Shown here one piece after another: positions 37,245 to 47,109 of a DNA stretch of 64,000 nt. The stretch is from contig OY760183.1 of NCBI GenBank assembly GCA_963663275.1, forward strand, positions 1,088,001-1,152,000, given 5' to 3'. The notes beneath the pieces were generated by a model. The model was given only the letters and a program-made list of their open reading frames with translations, was not told the DNA's origin and did no database searches. The position numbers and the translations under genes are program-made. The stretch is from Chloroflexota bacterium (GTDB lineage Bacteria; Chloroflexota; UBA11872; VXOZ01). The number at the start of each line of letters is the position of its first letter. The first letter of the stretch is position 1.

Positions 37245-38636
37245 ATGAACAAGGATACCGTGGCCTTGGAGCGCGTCACCCGACGCGGGTTCATGCTGGG
37301 AGCGAGCGCGGTCGGCGCGGGCGCGCTGCTGGCCGCCTGCGGACAGCCCGCGCCGGCCATGGATGAGCCGGAAGCGGCGCCGGAGCAGGAGGCGGAGGCT
37401 AAGGCGGAAGCCGCGGTGCCCAGCGGCCCCCAGGGCGAGGCGCTCTACTGGCACCGGGGCTTCTTCGATTTCGAGCCGTGGGCCAAGGAGTTTGCCGAAC
37501 TCAATCCCGGCCTGACCATGAACGCCGTGGGTGAAGCCGACCGCCTGAACAAATTCGTCGCGGCGGTAGCGGCGGGCAGCCCGCCGGACGCCGTGGACGT
37601 GGGCGACTGGCAGACGGTTGAGCTTGGCGTCACCGACATTTCCCAGCCCCTGAACAACTACTACAAGGCTTCCGGCGTGCTGAACCTCGCCGAGTTCTGG
37701 CCCAGCGTGCTCAGCTACCTCACCGACGCGCCCACGGGGAACATGTACGGCGCGCCCTACGCGCCGGACCTGCGCGTGATGTACATCCATGGGGACACGT
37801 ATCTGGAAGTGGGCCTTGATCCCGAGAACCCGCCGACGAGTTGGGCCGGTTTCGATACCGCCATCATCCAGACCACCAAGTTCGACGGCGAGACCTTGGT
37901 GCGCGCCGGGTGCCCGCCTTTCTGGGGCAGCGGCGGCACCGGCCTGTGGCTGCTCCTGCTCTGGCAGTTGGGCGGCGACGTGATGGCCGACGACTGGTCC
38001 GCCGTTACCATCAACAGCCCCGAAGCCGTCCGCGCGCTGGACTGGCTGAAGAACATCCACGAAGTGCAAGGCGGCTGGGACGCAATCGCCCAACTGCGCG
38101 GCGACGGCCTGCACCGCAACAGCCACCTGGCCGAGGCGCGCGCGGTGCACTACTACGCCACCTTTGCCGAGCGCGGCCAGTGGTTCAAGGAGAACGCGCC
38201 GGACCTGAACTTCGGCTTTACGCCGTGGCCCAAGCCGGAAGGCGGCAAGGACGCCAACCTGGGCGGCAACCACACCGCCACGTTCGCCGTGAACGCGCCC
38301 AATCCGGACGCGATGTTCGCGTGGTTCGAGTACTTCTTGAGCGCGGATACAAACCTGCGTTTTGCCAAGCAGTACGACCGCGTGCCGGTGCGCGAGGCTA
38401 CCACCTCCTCACCGGATTACACGGAGAACGATCCGTTCCGCGAACTGATCGCCCAGCAAATGCCGTTCCGCCACTTCTACTACTCCGGTCCGGGCGCCAC
38501 GGAAGCGCGCAGCCACGCCGTGGGCTTCGTGCCGGACGTGATGGCGGGTAACATCACCGCGCCGGAGGCGCTGGAAGCCGCTGAGAAGGGCATCACCGAA
38601 CTGCTGGCAAGCTGGAACGAACGGCTGGGCCGGTAG
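37245..38636 (+). CDS. Sugar-type ABC extracellular solute-binding lipoprotein (Tat)
   Basis: TRRGFM Tat motif, LAAC lipobox, AAGSPPD, GLDPENPPTSW. Confidence 0.9.
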   Translation: MNKDTVALERVTRRGFMLGASAVGAGALLAACGQPAPAMDEPEAAPEQEAEAKAEAAVPSGPQGEALYWHRGFFDFEPWAKEFAELNPGLTMNAVGEADRLNKFVAAVAAGSPPDAVDVGDWQTVELGVTDISQPLNNYYKASGVLNLAEFWPSVLSYLTDAPTGNMYGAPYAPDLRVMYIHGDTYLEVGLDPENPPTSWAGFDTAIIQTTKFDGETLVRAGCPPFWGSGGTGLWLLLLWQLGGDVMADDWSAVTINSPEAVRALDWLKNIHEVQGGWDAIAQLRGDGLHRNSHLAEARAVHYYATFAERGQWFKENAPDLNFGFTPWPKPEGGKDANLGGNHTATFAVNAPNPDAMFAWFEYFLSADTNLRFAKQYDRVPVREATTSSPDYTENDPFRELIAQQMPFRHFYYSGPGATEARSHAVGFVPDVMAGNITAPEALEAAEKGITELLASWNERLGR

Positions 38637-38698
38637 CAACCGGACCTGAGGCTCGTTCGCAGCCAAGGCTTGAGGCGCGTGCCGCATGACAACGCGAT

Positions 38699-38741
38699 AG
38701 CAGAGAGTGGAGCAACCCCTGGGGTTGCTCCACTCTCTGCT
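38699..38741. terminator. Long hairpin between convergent genes (probable bidirectional terminator)
   Basis: AGCAGAGAGTGGAGCAACCCC-T-GGGGTTGCTCCACTCTCTGCT perfect inverted repeat. Confidence 0.75.
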
Positions 38742-38763
38742 TAAACGACACTCGTTTTGCGCT

Positions 38764-39180
38764 TCAAGAGAACGATACGCAAGCGGCGCCCACCGTGCGG
38801 AGCACCGTCTCCTGGCTGAAGCGGGACTCGTATTCCTGCGCAATTTCGTCGGTGAGGCGCATCCCTTCCTCGCCGGGCGAGGTCAGGATGATGAGCATTT
38901 TGGTGCGCTCGCGCTGCACGACGCCCGCGGAGTCCCGCCACTGGCCGGCGCCGTCAACCACGGTCAATCCATCGGGAAACCTGGGCGTGACCGTATCCGC
39001 CAGGAAAGCGGCCCAGGCTTCATCGCTCACCACCTCAACGCCGGCGCTGCTGCGCCCAAAGTAGAGCCGGTATTCGGTAAAGGCGTCCGTGCCCTCCGGG
39101 CAGGTGGACACCGGGTACGCGCCGCAGCCGGCGAGCAGGAAGACGGCAATCAACAGGAGGGCGGATTGCAATGTACGCAC
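38764..39180 (-). CDS. DUF3574 family lipoprotein
   Basis: LAGC lipobox; LYFGR, FLADTVTPRFPDGLTV, GQWR, RF.QE.VLR. Confidence 0.88.
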   Translation of the reverse strand: MRTLQSALLLIAVFLLAGCGAYPVSTCPEGTDAFTEYRLYFGRSSAGVEVVSDEAWAAFLADTVTPRFPDGLTVVDGAGQWRDSAGVVQRERTKMLIILTSPGEEGMRLTDEIAQEYESRFSQETVLRTVGAACVSFS

Positions 39181-39459
39181 GGGGATTACTCCAGTTCATT
39201 CGGTGCTTGTTCAGCCTACACTCGCGTACAATCGCCGTTCACGCGGCGGGTTCAGACGCGCATAGCGCCCCGGCGCGCGAGTGCGTGGTTCACGAGTAGC
39301 GCATTCTGTATGCGTGTGACCGCGAGCGGGCGTGCGCATCGCGGCGGCACACGTTGCCTTGCACGTTACGATGATTCTCAGCCGCTACCATGAGAATAGC
39401 TGATGTAGGCGGTTTCGCTCCGGTAGGTGAAAATCTGCATCCTGCGCCTGTTGTCTCCG

Positions 39460-39620
39460 GTAGCGTAGGTTTGCAACCTGCGCCTGCCGTCGTCATGCCA
39501 ACGCAAACGGGAATCCGGAGGCGGGGGACAAGCCCCCGCGCTACGATAACGCCACACCCTTGGAGACTAGCCCTCGCGCTACGATAGCGCGATACCCTTA
39601 GGGACAAGCCCCCGCGCTAC
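39460..39620. repeat. GTAG REP cluster
   Basis: GTAGCGTAGGTTTGCAACCTGCG plus intact and decayed GGGGACAAGCCCCCGCGCTAC copies. Confidence 0.8.
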
Positions 39621-39844
39621 GATTGCATCCACAGGCGCGGGCTCGATGTAGGAGGCCCAGGGTGACTGCTGCGGACAGTATACCGCACGCGGGCGCGGTT
39701 GGTTAGGCTATAATGGCGTCGGCAGGATGGCGGGGTAGCGAGGTAGCCGCGTCGTCGCTTTGGCAGCGGCGCGCGAAATCGGCAACCATCGGAGCCGCCT
39801 TTGCCGGCGGGAGAGCGATTCCACCTGAGAGGGACTTGGCGACA

Positions 39845-41581
39845 ATGGCGTCTGCGACGAAGCCGGCCGCATTCGATGTGGGTGTCCCGCTGGGCATTGT
39901 CAAAATTGCCTTTACGCCCGAATACATCAAGGCTGTCATCGACTGCGTATTGCGGAGCCGGGACAAGGCGTCCGGCGGCGTACGCAAGGGGCTGGACTCG
40001 GCGATAAACGAGAGCATCACGCTAGACGGCTTCCGCTATTCGAGCAAAGCGCAGCCGTCTCAGCTCAGAGAGCCTATGTTGTGGCGGGTGAGCGAGGGAG
40101 ACAGCAGGCTCATCGGCCAGGTGCTCAGGACGTGGGCGGAAGCGCGGCAAGAGCTTCGCATTCCCGTCAGCCGCTATCTTACCGCTCAGGAAGTGCCGGT
40201 CGAAGGCCCGGACCTGCGCGAGGGAATTTTCTACGGCACCTGGCCGCGCGACGAGTGGAACGAGGCGATCGATACGGTTCTCGAAGGCAACCCCGAACTT
40301 GACCGCGACGACGTCAGGATGATGGTGTGCTACCTGTCCGGCATGGCGGAGAGGCTGGCGGTGGAGTCCGAGCCACTCTATGAGTGTATCGTCAGTCTGC
40401 GGCATCTTCCCGTCGATGCCCCTGATTGGCAAGACTTCGACGACTTCATAGATATCGTCAGAGAGATTGCGGAGAGCAAAGCCGGGAGCCGCGCCGCGGT
40501 CTTTGCCGAGCGTTGCCGCGACACCCTCCAGGAGATTCAGCGCGACTTCGCGGACGAACTGCAGTATCTTGAACTCGATCTTGCCGCCTGGGAGCAAGCG
40601 GCGGACGAGAGACCGGCTGTCATCGATGCCGCGCTGGAACTGGCGGAGGAACTGAGCGAACACCTTGCGGAGTATCAGGAAATTCGCCCCCAGGCGCCGT
40701 CCCGCAAGGTGGAGGCGGAACGAGCGCCCGCGCGCGCGGACCGGGAGGCGGCCATTTTCACTATTGCCGCCGAGTGGGAGCGTATTATCGCGGAGGCGGA
40801 CGACCTGAGCGACGACGCGGCGTCCGCCGCGGCCGCCGCCGACGCCCCGGCGGACGAAGAAGAGGAGACACCGCAAGAGGCAGGGCCGGCCGCGCCGCCG
40901 GAGGAATACCAGGTCCTGGCAGCCGAACGCGAGCGTCTCAAACAGGAACGCGAGTCGCTCAGGACCGAGAACGAGCGGTTGCGGTCCGACAACGAACAGT
41001 TCGCCAAAGCAAATAAGAGTCTGGAAGCGGACAAGCAGGCGCTCCACGGCGAGAATAGCGATCTGAAAGCCAAGCTGTCGCCGAGCCGCGACTTGGAGGA
41101 GTACTGGCGGCGCTACTACGCGGCGTCCGCACAGGTGGGAAGCGTCAACGATGCGGTCAAGCGCGCACAGCAGAAGTTCCCCGAGCAACTGGTCTTTGCC
41201 CTCAACTCGAAGTCCGATAAGGACGTTCCCTTTCAGGAGCCGGCCGAGGTCTTTGCCGCCCTTGCCTGGCTTGCGACGGACTACCATCACCTGCGCTGGA
41301 CGAAACCCGGTGAGGACCCGCGCTTCAACGAGCGCCTGAAGAAGTCCTGCCCCGGCTGGTCGTACCGGCCGCATCAGGCCACCACCACCAAACGGCAGTT
41401 CGCCGAGTGGTACGTGACCGAGGCCGAGGGCCGCCGGTACGAACTCGTCGAGCACCTGGGCAAGGGCACCAGCGCCGACCCGCAAAAGACGATCCGCATC
41501 GCGATCGCCTGGGACGACGAACGCGGCAAGGTGATCGTCGGCTACATCGGCCTGCACCAAAAGAACCGCCGCACCCGCTGA
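39845..41581 (+). CDS. Coiled-coil protein with a C-terminal putative RelE-like toxin domain
   Basis: Helical N-terminus, acidic linker, heptad coil (ERERLKQERESLRTENERL..), C-terminal HLGKG..P..TIRI..AWD....VGYIGLH. Confidence 0.65.
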   Translation: MASATKPAAFDVGVPLGIVKIAFTPEYIKAVIDCVLRSRDKASGGVRKGLDSAINESITLDGFRYSSKAQPSQLREPMLWRVSEGDSRLIGQVLRTWAEARQELRIPVSRYLTAQEVPVEGPDLREGIFYGTWPRDEWNEAIDTVLEGNPELDRDDVRMMVCYLSGMAERLAVESEPLYECIVSLRHLPVDAPDWQDFDDFIDIVREIAESKAGSRAAVFAERCRDTLQEIQRDFADELQYLELDLAAWEQAADERPAVIDAALELAEELSEHLAEYQEIRPQAPSRKVEAERAPARADREAAIFTIAAEWERIIAEADDLSDDAASAAAAADAPADEEEETPQEAGPAAPPEEYQVLAAERERLKQERESLRTENERLRSDNEQFAKANKSLEADKQALHGENSDLKAKLSPSRDLEEYWRRYYAASAQVGSVNDAVKRAQQKFPEQLVFALNSKSDKDVPFQEPAEVFAALAWLATDYHHLRWTKPGEDPRFNERLKKSCPGWSYRPHQATTTKRQFAEWYVTEAEGRRYELVEHLGKGTSADPQKTIRIAIAWDDERGKVIVGYIGLHQKNRRTR

Positions 41582-41595
41582 CCTGCCGTGCAACC

Positions 41596-41851
41596 GTAGC
41601 GCGGGGGCTTGTCCCCCGCATGAGAGCATGCGGTAGGGGCGGTTCGCGAACCGCCCCTACGTGGGTGAATAGCCTCCCTCGCTCACGCCCTATTCCAATA
41701 CAATACGTAGCGCGGGGGCTTGTCCCCCGCCTCTGGATGCTTGCATGTGTGTGCATGACGGCGGCGGGCGTAGGTTACAAACCTACGCTACCGGAGCAAG
41801 GCTGCCGGACAACGTAGATTCCTCACTGCGCTGCGCTCCGTTCGGAATGAC
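41596..41851. repeat. Mixed REP cluster
   Basis: Three GTAG families plus an AGATTCCTC..GGAATGAC half. Confidence 0.85.
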
Positions 41852-42044
41852 ATGTTTACACGCGGTGAGCGGCGCTGAATAATCCTGATGAGCCTGCCAC
41901 ATCTGTCAACGAATTTCCTGGCACGTACAGGAATGGCACGTGTAAACGTGGAGCGTGGCGCCGCATTCCCTTTACTTTTCGTATCAAGACTGTCAGCGAA
42001 CTACCTGACATTTGCGCAGCCCGCTCGCGCCGCCACAACCGAAG

Positions 42045-42184
42045 GAGACCTTTGCATATCCCCTTCCCCATTGAGGGGGAAGGTTGGGATGGGGGTGACA
42101 AGTCTTGACAGCAAGCCATCTTCAGTTGTAAATACGGTCTGGATTCTGGCTTTCGCCGGAATGACAGAGTTACGCAATGGTCTC
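42045..42184. mobile_element. GAGACCTTTGCA-type MITE
   Basis: TIRs GAGACCTTTGC / GCAATGGTCTC; internal CCTTCCCC..GGGGAAGGTTGGGATGGGGG and GGATTCTGGCTTTCGCCGGAATGAC. Confidence 0.75.
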
Positions 42185-42201
42185 TTAAGGAGTATCTCGC
42201 T

Positions 42202-44106
42202 ATGCCTGAGCCAAGAATCTTCGACGATGCCGGCGTTTGGATGCGGGGCATTACGCGCGCCTGGCAGTTCTTGCCGCCGGTAGACGTGCGGGGCGCAATC
42301 ACGCCGGATGTGGTCGAGGCCGCCAGCGGTCACACGTTTGTCGTCACGCTTACCCTTGGCGCGGGTGTTTCCCTGCCCGCGGGCGCGCACATCACGTTGG
42401 AAATCCCGGAGTCCTGGGATTGTCACCTGGGCAATTGCTTTCGCCGGGGCGTGCGCACGGTAGGCAACCGCGAGCAGATTCGCGCGGGGTACGGCGCGTT
42501 CGCGGACGTGGCGTGCTCGAATGACGACGCGCAACTGGCCCACGCCGCCTCGTATGGGCGGCATCTCGACCTGCTTGACATCGTGGTGCAAGCGGGCGCG
42601 TTGGAGCCGGGAGACGAGGTGCGCGTCACCCTCGGCCCGCCCGACGGCAACCTGGTGCAGACCCAGAAGTTCGCCCAGACCGCGATCTTCAGCGTCGGCG
42701 TAGACCTGGACGGCAGCGGCGCGTACCGGCGCATTGCGACGTTTCCAACGGTGAAGGTGCTCGGCGCGAGTGCCGACCGCTTCCGCGTCTTTGCGCCGGC
42801 CGTGGCCCAAGCGGGTGAATCCTTCCCGGTGCGGGTGCTGCCGGTGGACGTCTACAGCTTCAATCCCGCCACGAACTACGCCGGTGAGGCGCGAGTCTTT
42901 GCCCCGGATGGCTTGGAAACCCAAGAAACTGTGCGGCTCGATACCGCTAAGCAGCCCGCCGGAGAGACGATTGCGGTCACTGCCAAGACCGGCGGCGTGC
43001 ACGCGCTCAGCGTCTTCGATCCCCAGACCGGCATCAGCGGCAAGAGCAATCCCATCGGCGCCGGCTTCCTGCCTGAGGGCGGCATCTACTTTGGCGAGAT
43101 GCACAGCCAGATGTGGCACAGCATGGGTACGGGCAGCACGGCGGAGTTCTTTACCTGGGGACGCGACGCGGCCGGCCTGGACTTCTGCGCGCCCGCCAAT
43201 CATTACAACTGGCGCTTCGAGGTCACGGAGGACATCTGGCAGAATCTCGTGGCCGACTGCAACCGCTTCAACGCCCCCGGCCGCTTTGTTACCCTGGTCA
43301 GCTACGAGTGGGGCGGCGTGAGCGGCAGCGGGCACAAGAACGTCTACTACCGGGGCGATAGCGGCCCTTTCCACTACTGGTATCGGGGCGAGCACGAGAA
43401 CCCCGACGCGCTCTGGCAAGAGATGGCAGCACGCGGCTTGGACGCGCTCACCGTCCCGCACCACACCAAGGCCAGCGGCGGCGTGGACTGGCGCTTTCGC
43501 AACGATCGCTACCAGCGCCTGGTGGAGATTTGCTCCAAGTGGGATATATCCGAAGCGTCCGGGCCGCACAGCGTGCAGGCGGCGCTGGCCATGGGACACC
43601 GGCTCGGCTTCGTCGGCGGCACGGACAGCCACTACGGCCTGGCCAATCAGGGCAGTTACCACGTGAACGACGGCAACGGTCTGGCCTGCGTGATCGCGCC
43701 GGAACTCACGCGGGCGGCGCTCTGGCAGGCGCTCCACGACCGCCGCTGCTACGCCACTACCGGCGACCGCATCCTGCTGGATTTCACTATCGACGGCAAA
43801 CCGATGGGGAGCGACAACGCCGCCGACCTGAGCGGCCTGGAGCCCCGCCGCCTGCACGTGCGCGCGGCGGGCACGGCGCCTATCACCCGTGTCGAGATCG
43901 TCCGCAACAATCGGACGATCTTCAGCGCCGACCCCCACCGCGACGTGTGGGAAGACGAGTGGGCCGACACCGCCGACCTGTCCGCCGCGGCCTTTGCCCC
44001 CACGTTCCCCAACGACCGCCCGTTCGTCTACTACTACCTGCGCCTCTACCAAGCCAACCGCCAACGGGCGTGGAGCAGTCCGATCTGGTTTACTCAAGTA
44101 GGATGA
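42202..44106 (+). CDS. DUF3604/CehA-McbA-like PHP-fold metallohydrolase
   Basis: YFGEMHSQ, ANH, YEW, GHKNV, VPHH, GFVGGTDSH, RRCYATTG, AWSSPIW. Confidence 0.8.
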   Translation: MPEPRIFDDAGVWMRGITRAWQFLPPVDVRGAITPDVVEAASGHTFVVTLTLGAGVSLPAGAHITLEIPESWDCHLGNCFRRGVRTVGNREQIRAGYGAFADVACSNDDAQLAHAASYGRHLDLLDIVVQAGALEPGDEVRVTLGPPDGNLVQTQKFAQTAIFSVGVDLDGSGAYRRIATFPTVKVLGASADRFRVFAPAVAQAGESFPVRVLPVDVYSFNPATNYAGEARVFAPDGLETQETVRLDTAKQPAGETIAVTAKTGGVHALSVFDPQTGISGKSNPIGAGFLPEGGIYFGEMHSQMWHSMGTGSTAEFFTWGRDAAGLDFCAPANHYNWRFEVTEDIWQNLVADCNRFNAPGRFVTLVSYEWGGVSGSGHKNVYYRGDSGPFHYWYRGEHENPDALWQEMAARGLDALTVPHHTKASGGVDWRFRNDRYQRLVEICSKWDISEASGPHSVQAALAMGHRLGFVGGTDSHYGLANQGSYHVNDGNGLACVIAPELTRAALWQALHDRRCYATTGDRILLDFTIDGKPMGSDNAADLSGLEPRRLHVRAAGTAPITRVEIVRNNRTIFSADPHRDVWEDEWADTADLSAAAFAPTFPNDRPFVYYYLRLYQANRQRAWSSPIWFTQVG

Positions 44107-44145
44107 GAGCAACGCTCCATTCCGGCAGGAGCGGAAAGGCCACTG

Positions 44146-44784
44146 GTGACGGCGCCCGAGAGTCCAAAGCTATACCACATCCTTCACGTCGACAGGCTCA
44201 ACTCGATTATCGACGATGGCTGCCTTTGGTCGGATAGTGAGGCAACGCGGCGACGTGTTCCCGGCTCTACTATTGGCATGCACACTATCAAGCAGAGACG
44301 GCGCGGGAGGAAATTGCACAGCTACCCGGACTTGGCCGTAGGCGATTGTGTGCCGTTCTATTTCTGCCCCCGTTCCGTAATGCTCTACGTGATCCACAGG
44401 GCGAACAATCCTGAGTTGACATACAGAGGGGGGCAAACACCAATCGTCCACCTTGAAGCGGACTTACACGAGGTGTTCTCATGGGCGGAGCGGAACGAAA
44501 CACGCTGGGCCTTTACAACAACCAACGCCGGTTCCTACTATTTTGAGGATTACGCGGATCTGGCAGACCTGCATAGGGTGAATTGGAATGCGGTGCAGGC
44601 ACGCGACTGGAGAAGCTGCCAATCTGAAAAGCAAGCTGAATTCCTCGTTGAGCGGGCGTTTCCATGGACGTTGGTGGCGCGCATCGGTGTCCGCAATTGG
44701 GATGTGCGCACCGAAACGCAAACGATGATTGAAACGTCCACCCATCAGCCGCCTGTGGAAATCATACCGCGTTGGTATTATTGA
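44146..44784 (+). CDS. darT: DarT ssDNA ADP-ribosyltransferase toxin (DUF4433)
   Basis: YHILHVDRL, VPFYFCPRSVMLY, TNAG, KQAEFLV (catalytic Glu), WYY end. Confidence 0.93.
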   Translation: MTAPESPKLYHILHVDRLNSIIDDGCLWSDSEATRRRVPGSTIGMHTIKQRRRGRKLHSYPDLAVGDCVPFYFCPRSVMLYVIHRANNPELTYRGGQTPIVHLEADLHEVFSWAERNETRWAFTTTNAGSYYFEDYADLADLHRVNWNAVQARDWRSCQSEKQAEFLVERAFPWTLVARIGVRNWDVRTETQTMIETSTHQPPVEIIPRWYY

Positions 44785-44806
44785 TGTGAGTTGAGGAGGC
44801 GCCAAC

Positions 44807-45874
44807 GTGATTGAGTTCAAGACCGGCGACATTTTTGCCGAGGACGTCGAGGCGCTGGTTAACAGCGTCAACTGCGTGGGCGTCATGGGACGTGGCATAG
44901 CGCTGCAATTCAAGCAGGCCTTCCCCGAGAACTTCACGGCATACGCCGCCGCTTGCAAGCGCAAGGAGGTGCGGCCCGGGCGCATGTTCGTCTATGAGAC
45001 CGGCCACCTGGCCGGCCCGCGCTTCATCATCAACTTTCCCACCAAACGCCACTGGCGCGGCAAGAGCCGCATGGAGGACATCGAATCCGGTCTCGCGGCG
45101 CTAGCGCAGGAGATTCACGAGCGGAGAATTCGCTCCGTAGCGTTGCCGCCGCTGGGCAGCGGTTTGGGCGGTTTGGAATGGCAGGCCGTGCGCCAGCGCA
45201 TCGAGGCGCGGCTGCGAGAGCTGACGGCTGTCACGATAGTTGTGTTCGAGCCAAGCGGCGCGCCAGCGGACGCGATGGTGAATAAGTCGCTCGACGTGCC
45301 GCGAATGACACCCGGACGCGCGGCGCTGGTAGGCTTGATGGACCAGTATCTACGCAGTCTGCTCGATACGTCGGTGACACTATTGGAAGTGCATAAGCTC
45401 TTGTACCTCATGCAGGCCGCAGGCGAGCCTCTGAGGCTAACGTACGAGAAAGCGCCGCTTGGCCCATACGCCGAGAACCTGCGGCACGTTCTGAGAGCGG
45501 TTGAGGCGCATCTCATTTCCGGCTATGCCGACGGCGGTGACGCGCCAAACAAGGAACTGGAACTGGTTCCCGGCGCCGTAGAAGACGCCCGCGCCTTCCT
45601 TGAAGACCATCCGGACACACGCGCGCGCTTTGAAAAGGTGTCCGCCCTCGTCGACGGCTTCGAGTCGCCCTTTGGCCTCGAACTCTTGACGACGGTGCAT
45701 TGGGTAGCCGCGGAGCATCCGCATGCGACGGATGAAGAAATCATTGCCGGTACGTATGACTGGGGCGAGCGCAAGCGACAGTTCTCAGAGCGGCAAATAC
45801 GTCTGGCGCTCGACGTTCTCAGGAAGCAGGGCTGGCTGGAAACTGATTCTCAAACAAGCGGTGCGGGTTCGTAA
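44807..45874 (+). CDS. darG: DarG macrodomain antitoxin
   Basis: GDIF, VNSVNCVGVMGRGIALQFK, INFPTKRHW, PPLGSGLGGL; C-terminal KLLY..GPYA..GFESPFGLELL. Confidence 0.95.
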   Translation: MIEFKTGDIFAEDVEALVNSVNCVGVMGRGIALQFKQAFPENFTAYAAACKRKEVRPGRMFVYETGHLAGPRFIINFPTKRHWRGKSRMEDIESGLAALAQEIHERRIRSVALPPLGSGLGGLEWQAVRQRIEARLRELTAVTIVVFEPSGAPADAMVNKSLDVPRMTPGRAALVGLMDQYLRSLLDTSVTLLEVHKLLYLMQAAGEPLRLTYEKAPLGPYAENLRHVLRAVEAHLISGYADGGDAPNKELELVPGAVEDARAFLEDHPDTRARFEKVSALVDGFESPFGLELLTTVHWVAAEHPHATDEEIIAGTYDWGERKRQFSERQIRLALDVLRKQGWLETDSQTSGAGS

Positions 45875-45886
45875 AGAGTACAAGCT

Positions 45887-46768
45887 ATGAGCCGGCGGGT
45901 GTTGCGCAAGCGGCTCATCGCGGCCATCGAGGCGGGAGATTTGTCGCAGGTGGCTGCAATTGCGGCCGCGGATCCTGGCATCGTCAACGCGGCGAATGCG
46001 CACGGCCACGTGCCGCTGGGCGCGGCGATTGGCACGGGTTGTCTGGAGCGGGTGGAACTGCTGGTTGCTCTGGGCGCGGATCCGCGCCATACCTATCACG
46101 GACGGTCTCTGCTGGACGCGGCGGCGTACGGCGGGCACTCCGAGATATTCCGCTATTTTGTGGAGCGCGGCCTGACGCCGACCGTGCACCATGCCGCGGC
46201 GCTTGGCGATATTCCGCTGCTGGAGGAGATGCTGGCGGCAAATCCGGCGCTGCTCCGGCCCACGGCCGCGGGCGGGCGCTGGCGCAACACGCCGCTGCAC
46301 GCGGCGGTAATTGGGGGCAATCGCGACGCGGTCGCCTTCCTGCTGGCGCGCGATGCGCCGGTGGATGCTGAGAACCACAACGGCCACACTGCGCTGGCCC
46401 TGTGCGCGGAGTGCTCCAGCGCGGACGCGCGTGCGCTCATTGCCCAGTTGCTGCTGGCGCGCGGCGCGGACGCGAACGCCCCCGCCGGGCATCACGGCGG
46501 TACCGCGCTCCACCGGGCGGTTGTGAACGGTGACCTTGCCTTGGCGCGGGCGTTGCTGGAGAGCGGGGCCGACCCAAATCGCCAGGATTGGTCCGGCAAG
46601 ACGCCGCTGCACCATGCGGCGGCCAAGAACCGGCGCCTCGTCGAACTGGTGCTGGCGTTCGCGCCGGATCTTGCGCTGCAATCCCGGGAAGGCGAAACGC
46701 CCGCGCAGTACGCGCGGCGCTTGCGCAAGCGGGCGATTGTGAAACTGCTGGAAGACGCGCGGCAGTGA
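45887..46768 (+). CDS. Ankyrin repeat protein
   Basis: Repeated TPLH.A, TALHRA, GADPN motifs. Confidence 0.9.
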   Translation: MSRRVLRKRLIAAIEAGDLSQVAAIAAADPGIVNAANAHGHVPLGAAIGTGCLERVELLVALGADPRHTYHGRSLLDAAAYGGHSEIFRYFVERGLTPTVHHAAALGDIPLLEEMLAANPALLRPTAAGGRWRNTPLHAAVIGGNRDAVAFLLARDAPVDAENHNGHTALALCAECSSADARALIAQLLLARGADANAPAGHHGGTALHRAVVNGDLALARALLESGADPNRQDWSGKTPLHHAAAKNRRLVELVLAFAPDLALQSREGETPAQYARRLRKRAIVKLLEDARQ

Positions 46769-46783
46769 GCCGCTCTCCCAGCG

Positions 46784-46985
46784 GAGACCTTTGCAAAACT
46801 TCGCGGAGAGGCGAACAGTTCCCTCTCCTGGGGGAGAGGGTTAGGGTGAGGGGATATTGTGCGGCGAGTCGTGCCTAAACCTTGCGGAATGGGGCCGAGC
46901 CGACGAGGATTCTCCCTCACCCCGGCCCTCTCCCCAGGGAGAGGGAGTTTCAATGCGCGCCGACCGGGGTTACGCAAAGGTCTTC
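46784..46985. mobile_element. GAGACCTTTGCA-type MITE carrying a CCCTCTCC REP pair
   Basis: TIRs GAGACCTTTGC / GCAAAGGTCTT; flanks CAGCG / CAGTG (near 5-bp duplication). Confidence 0.7.
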
Positions 46986-47109
46986 CAGTGGAGCGCCTTG
47001 CGTGAAGCCCCCGCTTTCGCCGCGTGGGGCGGTGTGGTAGAATGCTCATGGTCATTCGGACTCTTTTCCACTTTGGCTTCTTTCCACTAGCCCCGGAGTG
47101 TAGATTGGC

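Noticed and set aside
40022-44112. Very long antisense ORFs (535 aa and 703 aa; similar ones at 1743, 30887, 51707)
   Set aside because: Shadow frames of well-supported genes, expected at high GC; no motifs
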